From the IMG/VR virus record IMGVR_UViG_3300043410_001471, positions 1 through 64,000 of that record: a stretch of 64,000 bases of DNA. One strand, 5' to 3'. The notes beneath the pieces are model-generated. The model did no database searches, was not told the DNA's origin, and saw only the letters and a program-made list of their open reading frames with translations. The translations under genes and the position numbers were made by a program. Shown here in pieces: positions 27,919 to 37,812 of the stretch. Source of the stretch: a virus. How positions within the stretch are numbered: position 1 is the stretch's first letter; every line of letters starts with the position of its first letter.

Positions 27919-29164
27919 TTGTGAAAAGGAAATAATTAAACCAATAGATGTAGTAGAAAAAACAGATACTACATCAAATGTAATAAACCCATCTATTACA
28001 AATGTTGTGATAAATGGGTTTAGTTCTATAAATAAAACTACATCTGCTTATTTATTATTGAACGAATCTAAATCTAGCTATTCCGATTTTAGTCAATTTT
28101 GGAAGTTTATTGATAATGGTGAGGAGAAAATATCTTCAGCATTTAATTATTTTGATTTTGATAATGATGGAGATGTGGATTTTGTTTTCGCTACAACAAA
28201 ATACAAAGAAGAAAGGCAATCAATCTATATTATAGAAAATAAAGGAAATGGTATTTGGAATTTATGGAAAAAACTAAATGGATTCTATTGGCCACGACAA
28301 TCTATATTGGGTGATTACGATGGTAATGGGTACATAGATTTTTTAGTAGCTGACCAGGGATTTGAAAACCCTTCGGCAAATTATTTCCCAGGCGCTGAAT
28401 TGGGTATTGTTTATTTTTATAAAGATTCAGCTGAAACTAAATTAATAACCAATGTAAAACAATACAATCACGCAGCAGCTAGTGGTGATATCGATGGTGA
28501 TGGTGATATTGATATTGTAACTTTGGATTCTAAATATATTAACAATGGTGGTTCATTTGCTAAGTCAGATATCATAAAAGCATCACCAACCGATTTACAA
28601 TCTATAAAAGGGTTGGGATATTACCATAATAATATGGCTGATTTTGATAATGATGGTAAGATGGATTTGATAATGGGATGTTCGGAAATATTTGGTGATT
28701 CTTTATGGGATAGCAACCCTAGAAAGTACAATGGTAGAAATAGAATATATTGGAATGATAATTCAAATTATTACTATTCTAATAGTACACAATTGCCAAT
28801 GGCATATCCAATAACAAAGGATACATTTACCATAGTTGATGACTTTGATATTATTGATTTTAATAACGATGGATATTTGGATATTGTAAATTTTAGAAGT
28901 TGCTGGAAGGGTGTTGGATATTATATTCAGTTTTTACAAAACAATAAAGATAGGACATTTACCGAAGTGACTGAACATTATATTACGGATTATAAATACA
29001 ATTTACCAAACGCAAATCCAAATGAGTTTAATTGGTTGGTGTGGATTAGATTCGTTGATATAGATAATGATGGTGATTTAGATTTAATTGGTAGGGAGCA
29101 AATGGGGGATAAAGATACTATCAAATGGATAAACGATGGAACTTTTCATTTTAAATTAAAATAA
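27872..29164 (+). CDS. FG-GAP/VCBS-repeat lipoprotein (beta-propeller-like)
   Basis: Lipobox MKNTLLVILTLIALSSC plus six DxDxDG-type repeats (DFDNDGDVDF, DYDGNGYIDF, DIDGDGDIDI, DFDNDGKMDL, DFNNDGYLDI, DIDNDGDLDL). Confidence 0.6.
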   Translation: MKNTLLVILTLIALSSCEKEIIKPIDVVEKTDTTSNVINPSITNVVINGFSSINKTTSAYLLLNESKSSYSDFSQFWKFIDNGEEKISSAFNYFDFDNDGDVDFVFATTKYKEERQSIYIIENKGNGIWNLWKKLNGFYWPRQSILGDYDGNGYIDFLVADQGFENPSANYFPGAELGIVYFYKDSAETKLITNVKQYNHAAASGDIDGDGDIDIVTLDSKYINNGGSFAKSDIIKASPTDLQSIKGLGYYHNNMADFDNDGKMDLIMGCSEIFGDSLWDSNPRKYNGRNRIYWNDNSNYYYSNSTQLPMAYPITKDTFTIVDDFDIIDFNNDGYLDIVNFRSCWKGVGYYIQFLQNNKDRTFTEVTEHYITDYKYNLPNANPNEFNWLVWIRFVDIDNDGDLDLIGREQMGDKDTIKWINDGTFHFKLK

Positions 29165-29170
29165 TTTTTT

Positions 29171-29665
29171 ATGGCATATAATAAATTCAGATGGTGGACA
29201 AAAGGTAGACCAAACAAACCCTTAAAAGCCGATGCTCCACTACTATTGAAAATACGAAATGGTGACTTTGATTATTCTTATATGTTTAGTGAAGCTAGGT
29301 TGGTTAGGGAATCTGCCGAGAAAGCTGGTGAGATTGCTTATAAGAATTATGGGGGTACGGATGAGCAGAATCGTATTCAGGCATCTTTGGAAGCGGGGAG
29401 AATGAAACGAATCAAAGCAATTAAATTGGAGTTGGAAGCATATGCTAATGAAAATAGAATTCTTTGGGCGTTACAAAGTGAATTAAAAAAGGAATTCGGC
29501 AAAGACCTTTGGGATAAAGCTATGAATATGAAGCGTAGTTTTAAATCAATTGAAGATTTATATTGGTGGTATAAGAAGCAAGTTAAGGAAGCAACTACCA
29601 AATCCGAAATTGATATTCAGTTAAAGCGTTCAAATACTAAAGGATTAGAATACTTATTTGTATGA
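29171..29665 (+). CDS. hypothetical protein
   Basis: 164-aa ORF. Confidence 0.5.
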   Translation: MAYNKFRWWTKGRPNKPLKADAPLLLKIRNGDFDYSYMFSEARLVRESAEKAGEIAYKNYGGTDEQNRIQASLEAGRMKRIKAIKLELEAYANENRILWALQSELKKEFGKDLWDKAMNMKRSFKSIEDLYWWYKKQVKEATTKSEIDIQLKRSNTKGLEYLFV

Positions 29666-29958
29666 AGCAAGAACCAATGATATTACATATAGATTTGGGT
29701 AATAAATCCATACAATCTTGGCTTAGGGATAATAAGTATATTGTTTTTTCCGAACTTATTAGATATGCTGAAAGATTGATAGAGGATGAATCGGAAATGA
29801 TTCAAGCGATGCTTGTTTCTAACTTGGCTGATAATGTTGTTTTTATTATTAAAAGAGATGAGTTATCGATTACTTTGAAAAAAGCAATGACATATTTTTT
29901 ATCAATTGAAGAATATGAGAAATGTGCTAAAGTTAGAGACTTAATGAATAAGTTATGA
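29662..29958 (+). CDS. hypothetical protein
   Basis: 98-aa ORF. Confidence 0.5.
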   Translation: MKQEPMILHIDLGNKSIQSWLRDNKYIVFSELIRYAERLIEDESEMIQAMLVSNLADNVVFIIKRDELSITLKKAMTYFLSIEEYEKCAKVRDLMNKL

Positions 29959-31046
29959 TAGAATTTAAAGAAATAAACAAAGAGTTTAATATAGTAGATA
30001 TACATCCAGATAGTATTGCTATTATAAATGCCATAACTTTATATCAAAAATACCATACTGATAAGAAAGTATTACATTTGTTTTATAATAGTAATTGGTC
30101 TTTTTTCAAATTGGACACTACATACGATTTAACAAAATATGATAAAGTATTTTTAGATTTTAGTGGAGCTGATGACTTTTGGCTTAGATACCAAGACATC
30201 GATATTGTTAAATCAAAGATAAAAGCAAATGAGATTATTGTTATTTCTAAAAATTCAGTTGAAAAACCTGGCTACATTTATAATGACCCATTAATGTATA
30301 GAATAAAGGTATTGGATTTTGAAATACAAAATACACCAAAAGATAATACATTTTTCTTCTTAGGTGGACATGCTAGATATCATAGATTATTATTTTTAAA
30401 TAAATTATTAGAAAAATCTAAATTGAATGATATTGTTTGGTCTATGCGTAGAATCGAATATGAAGATTCAAATATGTATAGAAGTTGTATTCCATTGGAA
30501 TATATAGATACACATAAAGATTTAGAAATATTAAACTATCTACCAAAGAGTTTAGATTTTGATATCCACAATCAAGCACAATATCATAATATGGGTAATG
30601 CTGCTATATTTGATAACCCTGGATATGTTGCTAATTTGGATTTCTATAATAATTCCTATGTAGAATTGGTTGGTGAAACTGTATTCGAATTTGCAATCAA
30701 TCCAACGAAAGGTGATACCGAATTCACTATAATGTCCGAGAAGATATTTAAACCATTGGTATTTGGATTTCCATTTATTGCATTGGCATTACCTAAAACA
30801 TTTTCTAAATTAAAAGAGTGGGGATTCGAAATGTTTGATGAGTTAATTGATTATTCATTTGATGATGAATATGATGATGTGAAGAGAATGGATATGATAG
30901 TTCAGCAAGTATGTGAGAATAATATAAAAGAGAATTTTGAAAAACATTTTGAAACAATAAAAGAAAAACATCTACATAATAGAAAAATGTTTTTAAAATT
31001 AAAAGAAAAATTAATGAAAAATTATGAAGAAAGTTTGCTTCGCTAA
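29955..31046 (+). CDS. putative glycosyltransferase, paralog 1 (fucosyltransferase-like C-terminal motif)
   Basis: IMSEKIFKPLVFGFPFIALALPKT...FDELIDYSFDD resembles the GT10/11 (T/S)EK...G.iPiv motif; paralogous to 31024 and 51016. Confidence 0.35.
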   Translation: MIEFKEINKEFNIVDIHPDSIAIINAITLYQKYHTDKKVLHLFYNSNWSFFKLDTTYDLTKYDKVFLDFSGADDFWLRYQDIDIVKSKIKANEIIVISKNSVEKPGYIYNDPLMYRIKVLDFEIQNTPKDNTFFFLGGHARYHRLLFLNKLLEKSKLNDIVWSMRRIEYEDSNMYRSCIPLEYIDTHKDLEILNYLPKSLDFDIHNQAQYHNMGNAAIFDNPGYVANLDFYNNSYVELVGETVFEFAINPTKGDTEFTIMSEKIFKPLVFGFPFIALALPKTFSKLKEWGFEMFDELIDYSFDDEYDDVKRMDMIVQQVCENNIKENFEKHFETIKEKHLHNRKMFLKLKEKLMKNYEESLLR

Positions 31047-32217
31047 ATTAATTAGAAATAATACACCAAATTTATTAGGTGGTCCAAAATTTGATTGGTA
31101 TTTTCAAAATGTTAAACCATTCGATGACATAAGCGAAATGGTTACATCGTTTTATCAATTTAATTTTGAAATAGATTCTGTTGTTATGGATGGTATAGAT
31201 AGTAATACATCCATAGTATTGACTATATCAACAATTGATATGGATGATATTGTGTTTTTAGAACATTTGAAACTTATATTCAATAAGGAATGTAAAAAAA
31301 TATTCATTGATTTATCTTCATATGACCATCAAGATATTGATAGTACATTATACGAATGGTGTAGAAAAGAATGTGATAAAGAATTATATTTTATAGATAA
31401 GAATCTAATAGAAGTTGCTGATGATATATTATTTTTTGAACATCACGCATATCACACATCGATGTACATTCCTAAATTTATTAAACAATATAATGATTTA
31501 AATGATTGGTGTAGTAAGTTTGTGAAGCCATTTAAAGGATTATTTTTAGCTGGGCATATTAGATTTCATAAAGTAGAATTATTAAATTATTTGTATGTAA
31601 ATGGATTATTAGAAGATAATTTTATTTGGAGTTGTACCGATGAATCATTTCAACCAGAATTATATAGAGAATTCATACCAGAACGAAATGAGCAGGAGTT
31701 CAGAAATTTTAAAATATTAGAAAGAATTCCAAACTCAAAAGATTTTGATTTATTTGATAAGTGGAAATATCATAACTATCCAGCTCATGTAAACTTTATG
31801 AATTATTTTAACACATATTTTGAAATAGTTCCTGAAACTCATTTTTATCATAGAGAAAATATAAAACCTACGATGGATACGAGAATCGATTGGAATAATG
31901 TAAGTGAGAAAAGTTGTAAAGCAATCAGAATGGGTACGCCATTTATTATGTTATCCAAACCAAACACTGTTAAACTATTAACTGATAGATTTGGATTTGA
32001 TGTATCTATCGATGGATGGAATCACGATTATGATACGATTGAAGATGATAGATTGAGAATGGCTACTATTAAAGCAAGAGTAAAAGATGTATTGAGTATG
32101 AGTACGGCTGATTTGCACGATTTGTATTATCAATATTTTTCAACAAAAAATAATAATACTATATTTATTGAAAATTTTTATAAACAACCTTTACAAATAA
32201 TTTACAATAAATTTTAG
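31024..32217 (+). CDS. putative glycosyltransferase, paralog 2
   Basis: VSEKSCKAIRMGTPFIMLSKPNT and LAGHIRFHK align with paralog 1 (FLGGHARYHR). Confidence 0.35.
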   Translation: MKKVCFAKLIRNNTPNLLGGPKFDWYFQNVKPFDDISEMVTSFYQFNFEIDSVVMDGIDSNTSIVLTISTIDMDDIVFLEHLKLIFNKECKKIFIDLSSYDHQDIDSTLYEWCRKECDKELYFIDKNLIEVADDILFFEHHAYHTSMYIPKFIKQYNDLNDWCSKFVKPFKGLFLAGHIRFHKVELLNYLYVNGLLEDNFIWSCTDESFQPELYREFIPERNEQEFRNFKILERIPNSKDFDLFDKWKYHNYPAHVNFMNYFNTYFEIVPETHFYHRENIKPTMDTRIDWNNVSEKSCKAIRMGTPFIMLSKPNTVKLLTDRFGFDVSIDGWNHDYDTIEDDRLRMATIKARVKDVLSMSTADLHDLYYQYFSTKNNNTIFIENFYKQPLQIIYNKF

Positions 32218-32218
32218 T

Positions 32219-32404
32219 ATGAAACAATCAATTTTAAAACTCGTAAATTCAATCAAAGATGACTTGAGAGATATGGAGGAAGATGGTATTTATCATTCGT
32301 TGGTAGATAACATTTGGGAATCCTTAGCAGCAATCGAAGATGAAATTTATGAGGATGACTCCAATGAAAATGACGGATTAGATATATCCGACTATATGGA
32401 TTAA
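32219..32404 (+). CDS. small acidic protein
   Basis: 61-aa ORF. Confidence 0.4.
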   Translation: MKQSILKLVNSIKDDLRDMEEDGIYHSLVDNIWESLAAIEDEIYEDDSNENDGLDISDYMD

Positions 32405-32415
32405 AACAAAAACAA

Positions 32416-32757
32416 ATGAATAAGTTACTTTTAGGGTTTATCTATGGGTTTTTAGCTCAAGTGATTACCTTTCTACAATTACAGGGAAATATTAAATGGA
32501 ATTGGTACGCCCGATTTCCATATATGGTATTAGGTATGGCTATACCAATCAGTTGGTTATTCATTAAATCGGTAGAAAATTTCGTAGAATACTTTAATGG
32601 TGAAATTTGGCCATCCCGTCTTATAGGGTTTGGTATTGGAATCATTGTGTTTGGTTCAATGAGTTATATTCTATTCAAAGAACCAATTACAACTAAAACA
32701 ATGGTGTGTCTATTATTGGCAATTGGTATATTATCAATTCAAATACTTTGGAAATGA
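32416..32757 (+). CDS. membrane protein
   Basis: About four hydrophobic segments. Confidence 0.5.
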   Translation: MNKLLLGFIYGFLAQVITFLQLQGNIKWNWYARFPYMVLGMAIPISWLFIKSVENFVEYFNGEIWPSRLIGFGIGIIVFGSMSYILFKEPITTKTMVCLLLAIGILSIQILWK

Positions 32758-32978
32758 GAAAAGCAGATTTAGTAAATGTAGGTGATGAACTTTATGAAAT
32801 AGTTCGTAGGTATCCAATGACTCGATTTAGTGCTGGAGTGTATGGAGAGAATGCCGAATTGTTAAAACAATGGGTAGGATGTGAAAAAATATTAATCGCA
32901 AAACAAACAAATGAATACTTATTTGTGAATTTAATTGAAGAAGCTAAACTAATCAAAGATGACGAACAGACAGCGTAA
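32754..32978 (+). CDS. hypothetical protein
   Basis: ORF 32706..32978 trimmed to the ATG forming an ATGA overlap with the upstream stop. Confidence 0.45.
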   Translation: MRKADLVNVGDELYEIVRRYPMTRFSAGVYGENAELLKQWVGCEKILIAKQTNEYLFVNLIEEAKLIKDDEQTA

Positions 32979-33061
32979 AGATGCTAATCGTAAACGAATA
33001 GCAAAAAAGACAAGAAAGGAACAGCAAAGAGCTGGGATATTCAAAAAGAAAACTTAATAGA

Positions 33062-33092
33062 AAGGGGTAACGAAAGTTATCCCTTTTTTGTT
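33062..33092 (+). terminator. intrinsic terminator with a GAAA tetraloop
   Basis: GGGGTAAC-GAAA-GTTATCCC followed by T6. Confidence 0.6.
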
Positions 33093-33122
33093 TGGAAAAC
33101 TAAATAAATTTTCGTATCTTTG
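33091..33122 (+). promoter_or_regulatory. Bacteroidota-type promoter driving a leaderless gene
   Basis: TTTG at 33091 and the perfect -7 box TATCTTTG at 33115-33122 (21-bp spacing); ATG at 33126. Confidence 0.5.
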
Positions 33123-33125
33123 GAT

Positions 33126-33416
33126 ATGAAATTGAAAGGACTAATAATAGTTCTAATGCTATTGGGAGTGATAGGATTAGAAGCAAAGCCGAAGTATCGT
33201 ATTGAGACTTGGGTTGATAATGGTACAAAATATTATTTGCCACAACGAAAGGTATGGTTTAGAACAAACTATTTTACACTACCAATCAAAGTGTGGGTAA
33301 GTGGGGCATATCCATTCCAACACAAACATCAGGCTGAAGAAATTATTAACAATTGGAAAACGGATTATCAACAAAAGATTGCATATAGACGTTCCGAATA
33401 CATAATCGTAGAATAA
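33126..33416 (+). CDS. secreted small protein
   Basis: Signal peptide MKLKGLIIVLMLLGVIGLEA; the listed TTG start at 33120 is replaced by the ATG at 33126. Confidence 0.5.
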   Translation: MKLKGLIIVLMLLGVIGLEAKPKYRIETWVDNGTKYYLPQRKVWFRTNYFTLPIKVWVSGAYPFQHKHQAEEIINNWKTDYQQKIAYRRSEYIIVE

Positions 33417-33417
33417 T

Positions 33418-33801
33418 ATGGATAATGTTTTAAGATATTCACCAATAATATTGTTTATTTCAATATTGTTATTAGCACTTGGTTTTAGCGTGAATCATAG
33501 TAAAGAAAATATAACAAAAGCTGAAGTGAGTTATATGAGTTCACTACATAAGCAGGATTCATTAAAAAATGTAATTGATAGTTTGCAATCTGATATTAGA
33601 ATTTTAGAAGATGGATTTGATAAAAAGGAAGCACGATATTCAAATGTTATAGGTGAATATGAAATTGGATTATCGTATTTAAAAGATTACCATCCAGCAG
33701 CATATAGGGATTTCAATAGAATAATTGGAATGAGAGAACGATATTCGATAGAGCTTGAAAGGGAAAATAAAAAAAGATTAAATCAATATAAATTAGATTA
33801 A
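33418..33801 (+). CDS. membrane-anchored coiled-coil protein
   Basis: 127-aa ORF with an N-terminal TM segment. Confidence 0.5.
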   Translation: MDNVLRYSPIILFISILLLALGFSVNHSKENITKAEVSYMSSLHKQDSLKNVIDSLQSDIRILEDGFDKKEARYSNVIGEYEIGLSYLKDYHPAAYRDFNRIIGMRERYSIELERENKKRLNQYKLD

Positions 33802-33802
33802 T

Positions 33803-34072
33803 ATGCTACAAATCACACACGAAGAGTTATTAGAGAAGTTACAAACGGATATCGTAGTTGTAACATTCAAAAAAGCAGATGGTTCTGAAAGAAACATGCT
33901 ATGTACAAAACAAATTAGTAAAATACCTGAAGAGTTCCATCCAAAAACTGATAAGGTAGTTAAGTTGGACGAGAATGGTAATCCTATTATTTCAGATGTA
34001 ATTACTGTTTGGGATTTAGAAAAATCAGATTGGAGAAGTTTTAATTTTAATAGAGTAACTGATATTAAGTAA
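33803..34072 (+). CDS. hypothetical protein
   Basis: 89-aa ORF. Confidence 0.5.
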   Translation: MLQITHEELLEKLQTDIVVVTFKKADGSERNMLCTKQISKIPEEFHPKTDKVVKLDENGNPIISDVITVWDLEKSDWRSFNFNRVTDIK

Positions 34073-34073
34073 T

Positions 34074-34280
34074 ATGAAAGTAACTACTGAATCTATGTTA
34101 TATCGTAGGCAAATGATTGAAATGGCAAACGATGCTAAAAAGTTCTTAAAGATACCCGCTAACATCATTGAAAATGAAAAGAGTGATGCTACATTGGGTA
34201 GAATCATTAGGTTAATGTATGAACAAAGAGTTAAAGATGCGGATGCACACATTGAATATATTAAATCTTTGGAAAAATAA
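34074..34280 (+). CDS. hypothetical protein
   Basis: 68-aa ORF. Confidence 0.45.
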   Translation: MKVTTESMLYRRQMIEMANDAKKFLKIPANIIENEKSDATLGRIIRLMYEQRVKDADAHIEYIKSLEK

Positions 34281-34322
34281 AAAATTTGTTGTATCTTTAC
34301 AACATAAAGAAAGGAGGTCAAA

Positions 34323-34505
34323 ATGGCATTATTTAAAGAATTAGCCGAACTGAAGGCTCAATTAAAATACTATGAAGATAAAGTACCTGTAAATAATATG
34401 GGTAAATGGAGTCGTAGTGTAGCAATTGAAAGTTATAAAAGAAAAATCGCAAAATTAGAAACTAAAATAAATGAACTTAAAAAGAAAAAGGATATTGGAA
34501 ATTGA
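34323..34505 (+). CDS. small coiled-coil protein
   Basis: 60-aa ORF. Confidence 0.4.
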   Translation: MALFKELAELKAQLKYYEDKVPVNNMGKWSRSVAIESYKRKIAKLETKINELKKKKDIGN

Positions 34506-34731
34506 CCCCGATGCTATCCTTTGGGATGGGTTAGATGATGCGATTATTGGTATAACCGAAGAGGCTGTGCCGGTTTATGATATTCATCAAATGGAAGTTA
34601 TTCTAATGGAAGCAAATAAATGGGATTGGGAAACCGCAGCTGAATGGGTTGAGTTTAACATATTGAGAGCATATATGGGCGATAGGACACCTATTCATAT
34701 GTGGGCAATGCAAGATGAGTTAATTGATTGA
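34471..34731 (+). CDS. hypothetical protein (start uncertain)
   Basis: 86-aa ORF overlapping the previous gene by 35 nt. Confidence 0.4.
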   Translation: MNLKRKRILEIDPDAILWDGLDDAIIGITEEAVPVYDIHQMEVILMEANKWDWETAAEWVEFNILRAYMGDRTPIHMWAMQDELID

Positions 34732-34745
34732 TAAAATAAAAGTAT

Positions 34746-34940
34746 ATGAGTGAAAAGAAATTAGATAAAGGTAAAGCAGCTAAGAAGTTGCATGGTTTAC
34801 AAAAACGAATTACTCGAATGGAAGAGAATGAGGGGCATGCTTTGGAAAAAATCGGTAAACGAAAAGGTATGTTAAAGAAATTGAAGGATAGAGTAATGGG
34901 AACTTTCAAACGCAAAAAAGATTATAATGATAACGATTAA
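34746..34940 (+). CDS. small basic protein
   Basis: 64-aa lysine-rich ORF. Confidence 0.4.
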   Translation: MSEKKLDKGKAAKKLHGLQKRITRMEENEGHALEKIGKRKGMLKKLKDRVMGTFKRKKDYNDND

Positions 34941-35154
34941 TGTAAGTGATTTTGTTGGGCGTGATGGAATTCAATCAGTAAACGAGAATGAATTCTTTTA
35001 TGAATTTAATTTAGATACCGATAAACGTGTTGTACTTCACAAACGATTAACAGGTGATAAAATCACAATTGAAACGGATGGTAATGCTATTATGATAGAA
35101 CTTGTTGAAATAACTAATATAGATTCTATAATAAATCACATAAAAAGTTTATAA
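34927..35154 (+). CDS. hypothetical protein
   Basis: 75-aa ORF. Confidence 0.45.
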   Translation: MITINVSDFVGRDGIQSVNENEFFYEFNLDTDKRVVLHKRLTGDKITIETDGNAIMIELVEITNIDSIINHIKSL

Positions 35155-35163
35155 ACTTATATT

Positions 35164-35475
35164 ATGAGTATAACATTAAATAGTGATAGTGGAAAACTAA
35201 CAATGCAGGGTAGCACGAAAGCTCAAATGAATTCGTCAATTACGATAGCAGGTAGTGGAACGAAGTTACCAATTACAATAGTTGGTGAGTTCAAAGATAT
35301 TCCACCACACTTACATCAAATTTATATTCAAGCGATGTGGAGTTCGTATGGTGATACTAATGTACATGATAACACAAAGGAAGAGCCATATCCAATGACA
35401 ATTGAAGAGCAGCAGAAGGAATGGAGGTTGAATAGGATTACTGATATAATTTGTAAAGCATTGAAAATAAAATAG
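35164..35475 (+). CDS. hypothetical protein
   Basis: 103-aa ORF. Confidence 0.5.
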   Translation: MSITLNSDSGKLTMQGSTKAQMNSSITIAGSGTKLPITIVGEFKDIPPHLHQIYIQAMWSSYGDTNVHDNTKEEPYPMTIEEQQKEWRLNRITDIICKALKIK

Positions 35476-35476
35476 T

Positions 35477-35776
35477 ATGGAATATAGATACGATGTTAGT
35501 CAGTTCGTTTGGAATAAAGAAAGTAATTCGTTTTATGGTGATGCACCACATTTGGAATGTTTGTTACCCGATGGTAATATCCATCCAGAAGCATTCCCTA
35601 ATCAGAAACAACAATTCTTTATTGATAATTCAAAGACCGGTGGGTTTCGTAGATTTCGTTTTGTAAAGGAAACTACTAATTGGGTAACTGATTTGGATAA
35701 TGATATTCATTATGAATTAGTGAATTGGGAATTTGAAAGTGAAGATGGTATTAAATGTTTTATAGCAATTAATTAA
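35477..35776 (+). CDS. hypothetical protein
   Basis: 99-aa ORF. Confidence 0.5.
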   Translation: MEYRYDVSQFVWNKESNSFYGDAPHLECLLPDGNIHPEAFPNQKQQFFIDNSKTGGFRRFRFVKETTNWVTDLDNDIHYELVNWEFESEDGIKCFIAIN

Positions 35777-35782
35777 TTTCTA

Positions 35783-36136
35783 ATGTTAAAGATAATAAAT
35801 CATAAGAAGCTGGAGCAAAAGTTGTACAAAGTGGATGGTAGATACTATATGATATCCAGAATGGACGAGCATAAAGAATATTATCGAATGTGGATAAATC
35901 CAATAGAGCATACATCAAATGGAAATCCAGTAGCATCTATACATGGTTCATTCCTATTAAGATTGGGTAGGAAAACGGAATATACTAAATATGCCCAAAA
36001 GGAATGTTATCCAATTACAACGAGTACGGGTGGTGAGCCGGTATATGTTAAGGATAGTGTAAACCATATTGATAACTTTATAGAAGCATTACGAAAAACA
36101 ACTGATTACTTTTCAAAAAATGGTAAATTAAATTAA
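35783..36136 (+). CDS. hypothetical protein
   Basis: 117-aa ORF. Confidence 0.5.
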   Translation: MLKIINHKKLEQKLYKVDGRYYMISRMDEHKEYYRMWINPIEHTSNGNPVASIHGSFLLRLGRKTEYTKYAQKECYPITTSTGGEPVYVKDSVNHIDNFIEALRKTTDYFSKNGKLN

Positions 36137-36252
36137 TATGAATACAACAACAGCAATAATCCTAATTACATTGTACATAGTAACATTCTTAATAGGTAGA
36201 ATGGTTGGTATAATGGAAGCAAAGGAAGTAATAATGAAAATACTTAAAGAGC

Positions 36253-36537
36253 ATGGGAAAATATAGAATCATTGAAGGCACATATCAGGATGAATATGGT
36301 AACCGAACTCATAAAGTTTATCAAATACAAAAACAAAGATTCTTTTTAGGTTTTGAATATTGGAAGTATCATACGCATACGGAGTGTGGTTATGGAGATT
36401 GTTATGATGTAAGAACGGAATTCAAAACATATGGGGATGCACTAAAGTTTATAAAAGATAATCTATGCGGAAAGGATTTCAAAGCTGGATGGAGTTATAA
36501 TGTAATGAGAGAAGTTAATTGTGATAATATAAAATAA
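36253..36537 (+). CDS. hypothetical protein
   Basis: 94-aa ORF. Confidence 0.5.
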   Translation: MGKYRIIEGTYQDEYGNRTHKVYQIQKQRFFLGFEYWKYHTHTECGYGDCYDVRTEFKTYGDALKFIKDNLCGKDFKAGWSYNVMREVNCDNIK

Positions 36538-36538
36538 T

Positions 36539-36811
36539 ATGGTAGAACAATACACAAAGAAACCCGTAGTAATAGAAGCAATTCAATACGAAGGATATAT
36601 GACCGATGAAGTAAAGAATTTCATAGGTGATAGTTTAATATCAGAAAACCGATGGGGTGATGAAGGTGGACCAGTTGGTTACTTTATTAAAACATTGGAA
36701 GGTTCATCGTATATGTTGGATAGAAACGATTATATAATCAGAGGTGTAAAGGGGGAGTTTTATCCATGTAAACCAGATGTGTTTGAAATGACTTACGAAA
36801 AACTTAAATAA
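36539..36811 (+). CDS. hypothetical protein
   Basis: 90-aa ORF. Confidence 0.5.
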   Translation: MVEQYTKKPVVIEAIQYEGYMTDEVKNFIGDSLISENRWGDEGGPVGYFIKTLEGSSYMLDRNDYIIRGVKGEFYPCKPDVFEMTYEKLK

Positions 36812-36812
36812 T

Positions 36813-37028
36813 ATGCAATTAGGGTTATTCGATTTATTCGACCAAATAGTAGCAGAAGCATTAGGAGTGGATGTAGAAACATTCGTAAGGGTAATTGAAT
36901 CTGAAAGTGTAAGTGATGAGGAGCAAGAGCAAATCATTATGGGAGTGTTGGAAGGTGATAATGATAGTATTCAGAAATCAAAAGAGTTATTCGAAATCAA
37001 AAGGGGGTTGGGGGAAATCAAGTCGTAA
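36813..37028 (+). CDS. small acidic protein
   Basis: 71-aa ORF. Confidence 0.45.
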   Translation: MQLGLFDLFDQIVAEALGVDVETFVRVIESESVSDEEQEQIIMGVLEGDNDSIQKSKELFEIKRGLGEIKS

Positions 37029-37048
37029 AAGGAAAATTTATTGATAGT

Positions 37049-37300
37049 ATGAATAGAATAAAAAGATTTATTAATGAGTGGAATACGATATTAGTAGTCT
37101 ATCTAATCTTAATGGGTATGATAATATTTCAAATGTGGTATATTTGGGAAATCAAAACCCAATTAAGGGCATTTAATGGAAAGGAGCACATCGTTATTGA
37201 AGTGATTGAGTTGGAAGGGAGAAGATATTCAGATACAGTCCGTATAAAATGTGATACGAATCGGAATAGAGTAATAAAGAAATCAATCGATAAATTTTAG
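37049..37300 (+). CDS. membrane-anchored protein
   Basis: 83-aa ORF with a TM segment. Confidence 0.45.
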   Translation: MNRIKRFINEWNTILVVYLILMGMIIFQMWYIWEIKTQLRAFNGKEHIVIEVIELEGRRYSDTVRIKCDTNRNRVIKKSIDKF

Positions 37301-37304
37301 GATA

Positions 37305-37613
37305 GTGTTGACAATAGAGAATATAGATAAGATAGTAGGTGAAAGATTTATGGTAAGGGGTATGGTGAATGAGTTGTATTCATTCAATGATTATCCAGGT
37401 CGATATGAGTATTGGTTTTGGTATAGGATAATTGGTTCAATGGGGAGGGATATAAGATTGATACTACATAGAGTGCCCGATTTTGAAACGAATGGTGATA
37501 GGTATTATATATTACAAAATGTTCAACACAATACTACTATTCGCATTCACCCAAATCATTTAAAGACCTCAAATGAGTTTATCCAATTATTAGAAAATTA
37601 TTTAAATCATTAG
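37305..37613 (+). CDS. hypothetical protein (GTG start in the ORF track; ATG alternative at about 37350)
   Basis: 102-aa ORF. Confidence 0.4.
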   Translation: MLTIENIDKIVGERFMVRGMVNELYSFNDYPGRYEYWFWYRIIGSMGRDIRLILHRVPDFETNGDRYYILQNVQHNTTIRIHPNHLKTSNEFIQLLENYLNH

Positions 37614-37614
37614 T

Positions 37615-37812
37615 ATGAAAGATATAAGATTAGAAATGTTATCCGATATGGTTCGTAGAGGTGAGCCCGTTAATATGAGTGAAGCAATCGAAGTTGTCGA
37701 ATACCAAAGAGAATTAAAAAGATTGAGAGAGGAAAAACGAAAGATGTGGTTGGATATCCTTTGGAATTCGACACCAATAGGATGGATGATTAGTTTATTT
37801 AAAAATAGTTAA
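37615..37812 (+). CDS. small hypothetical protein
   Basis: 65-aa ORF. Confidence 0.4.
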   Translation: MKDIRLEMLSDMVRRGEPVNMSEAIEVVEYQRELKRLREEKRKMWLDILWNSTPIGWMISLFKNS

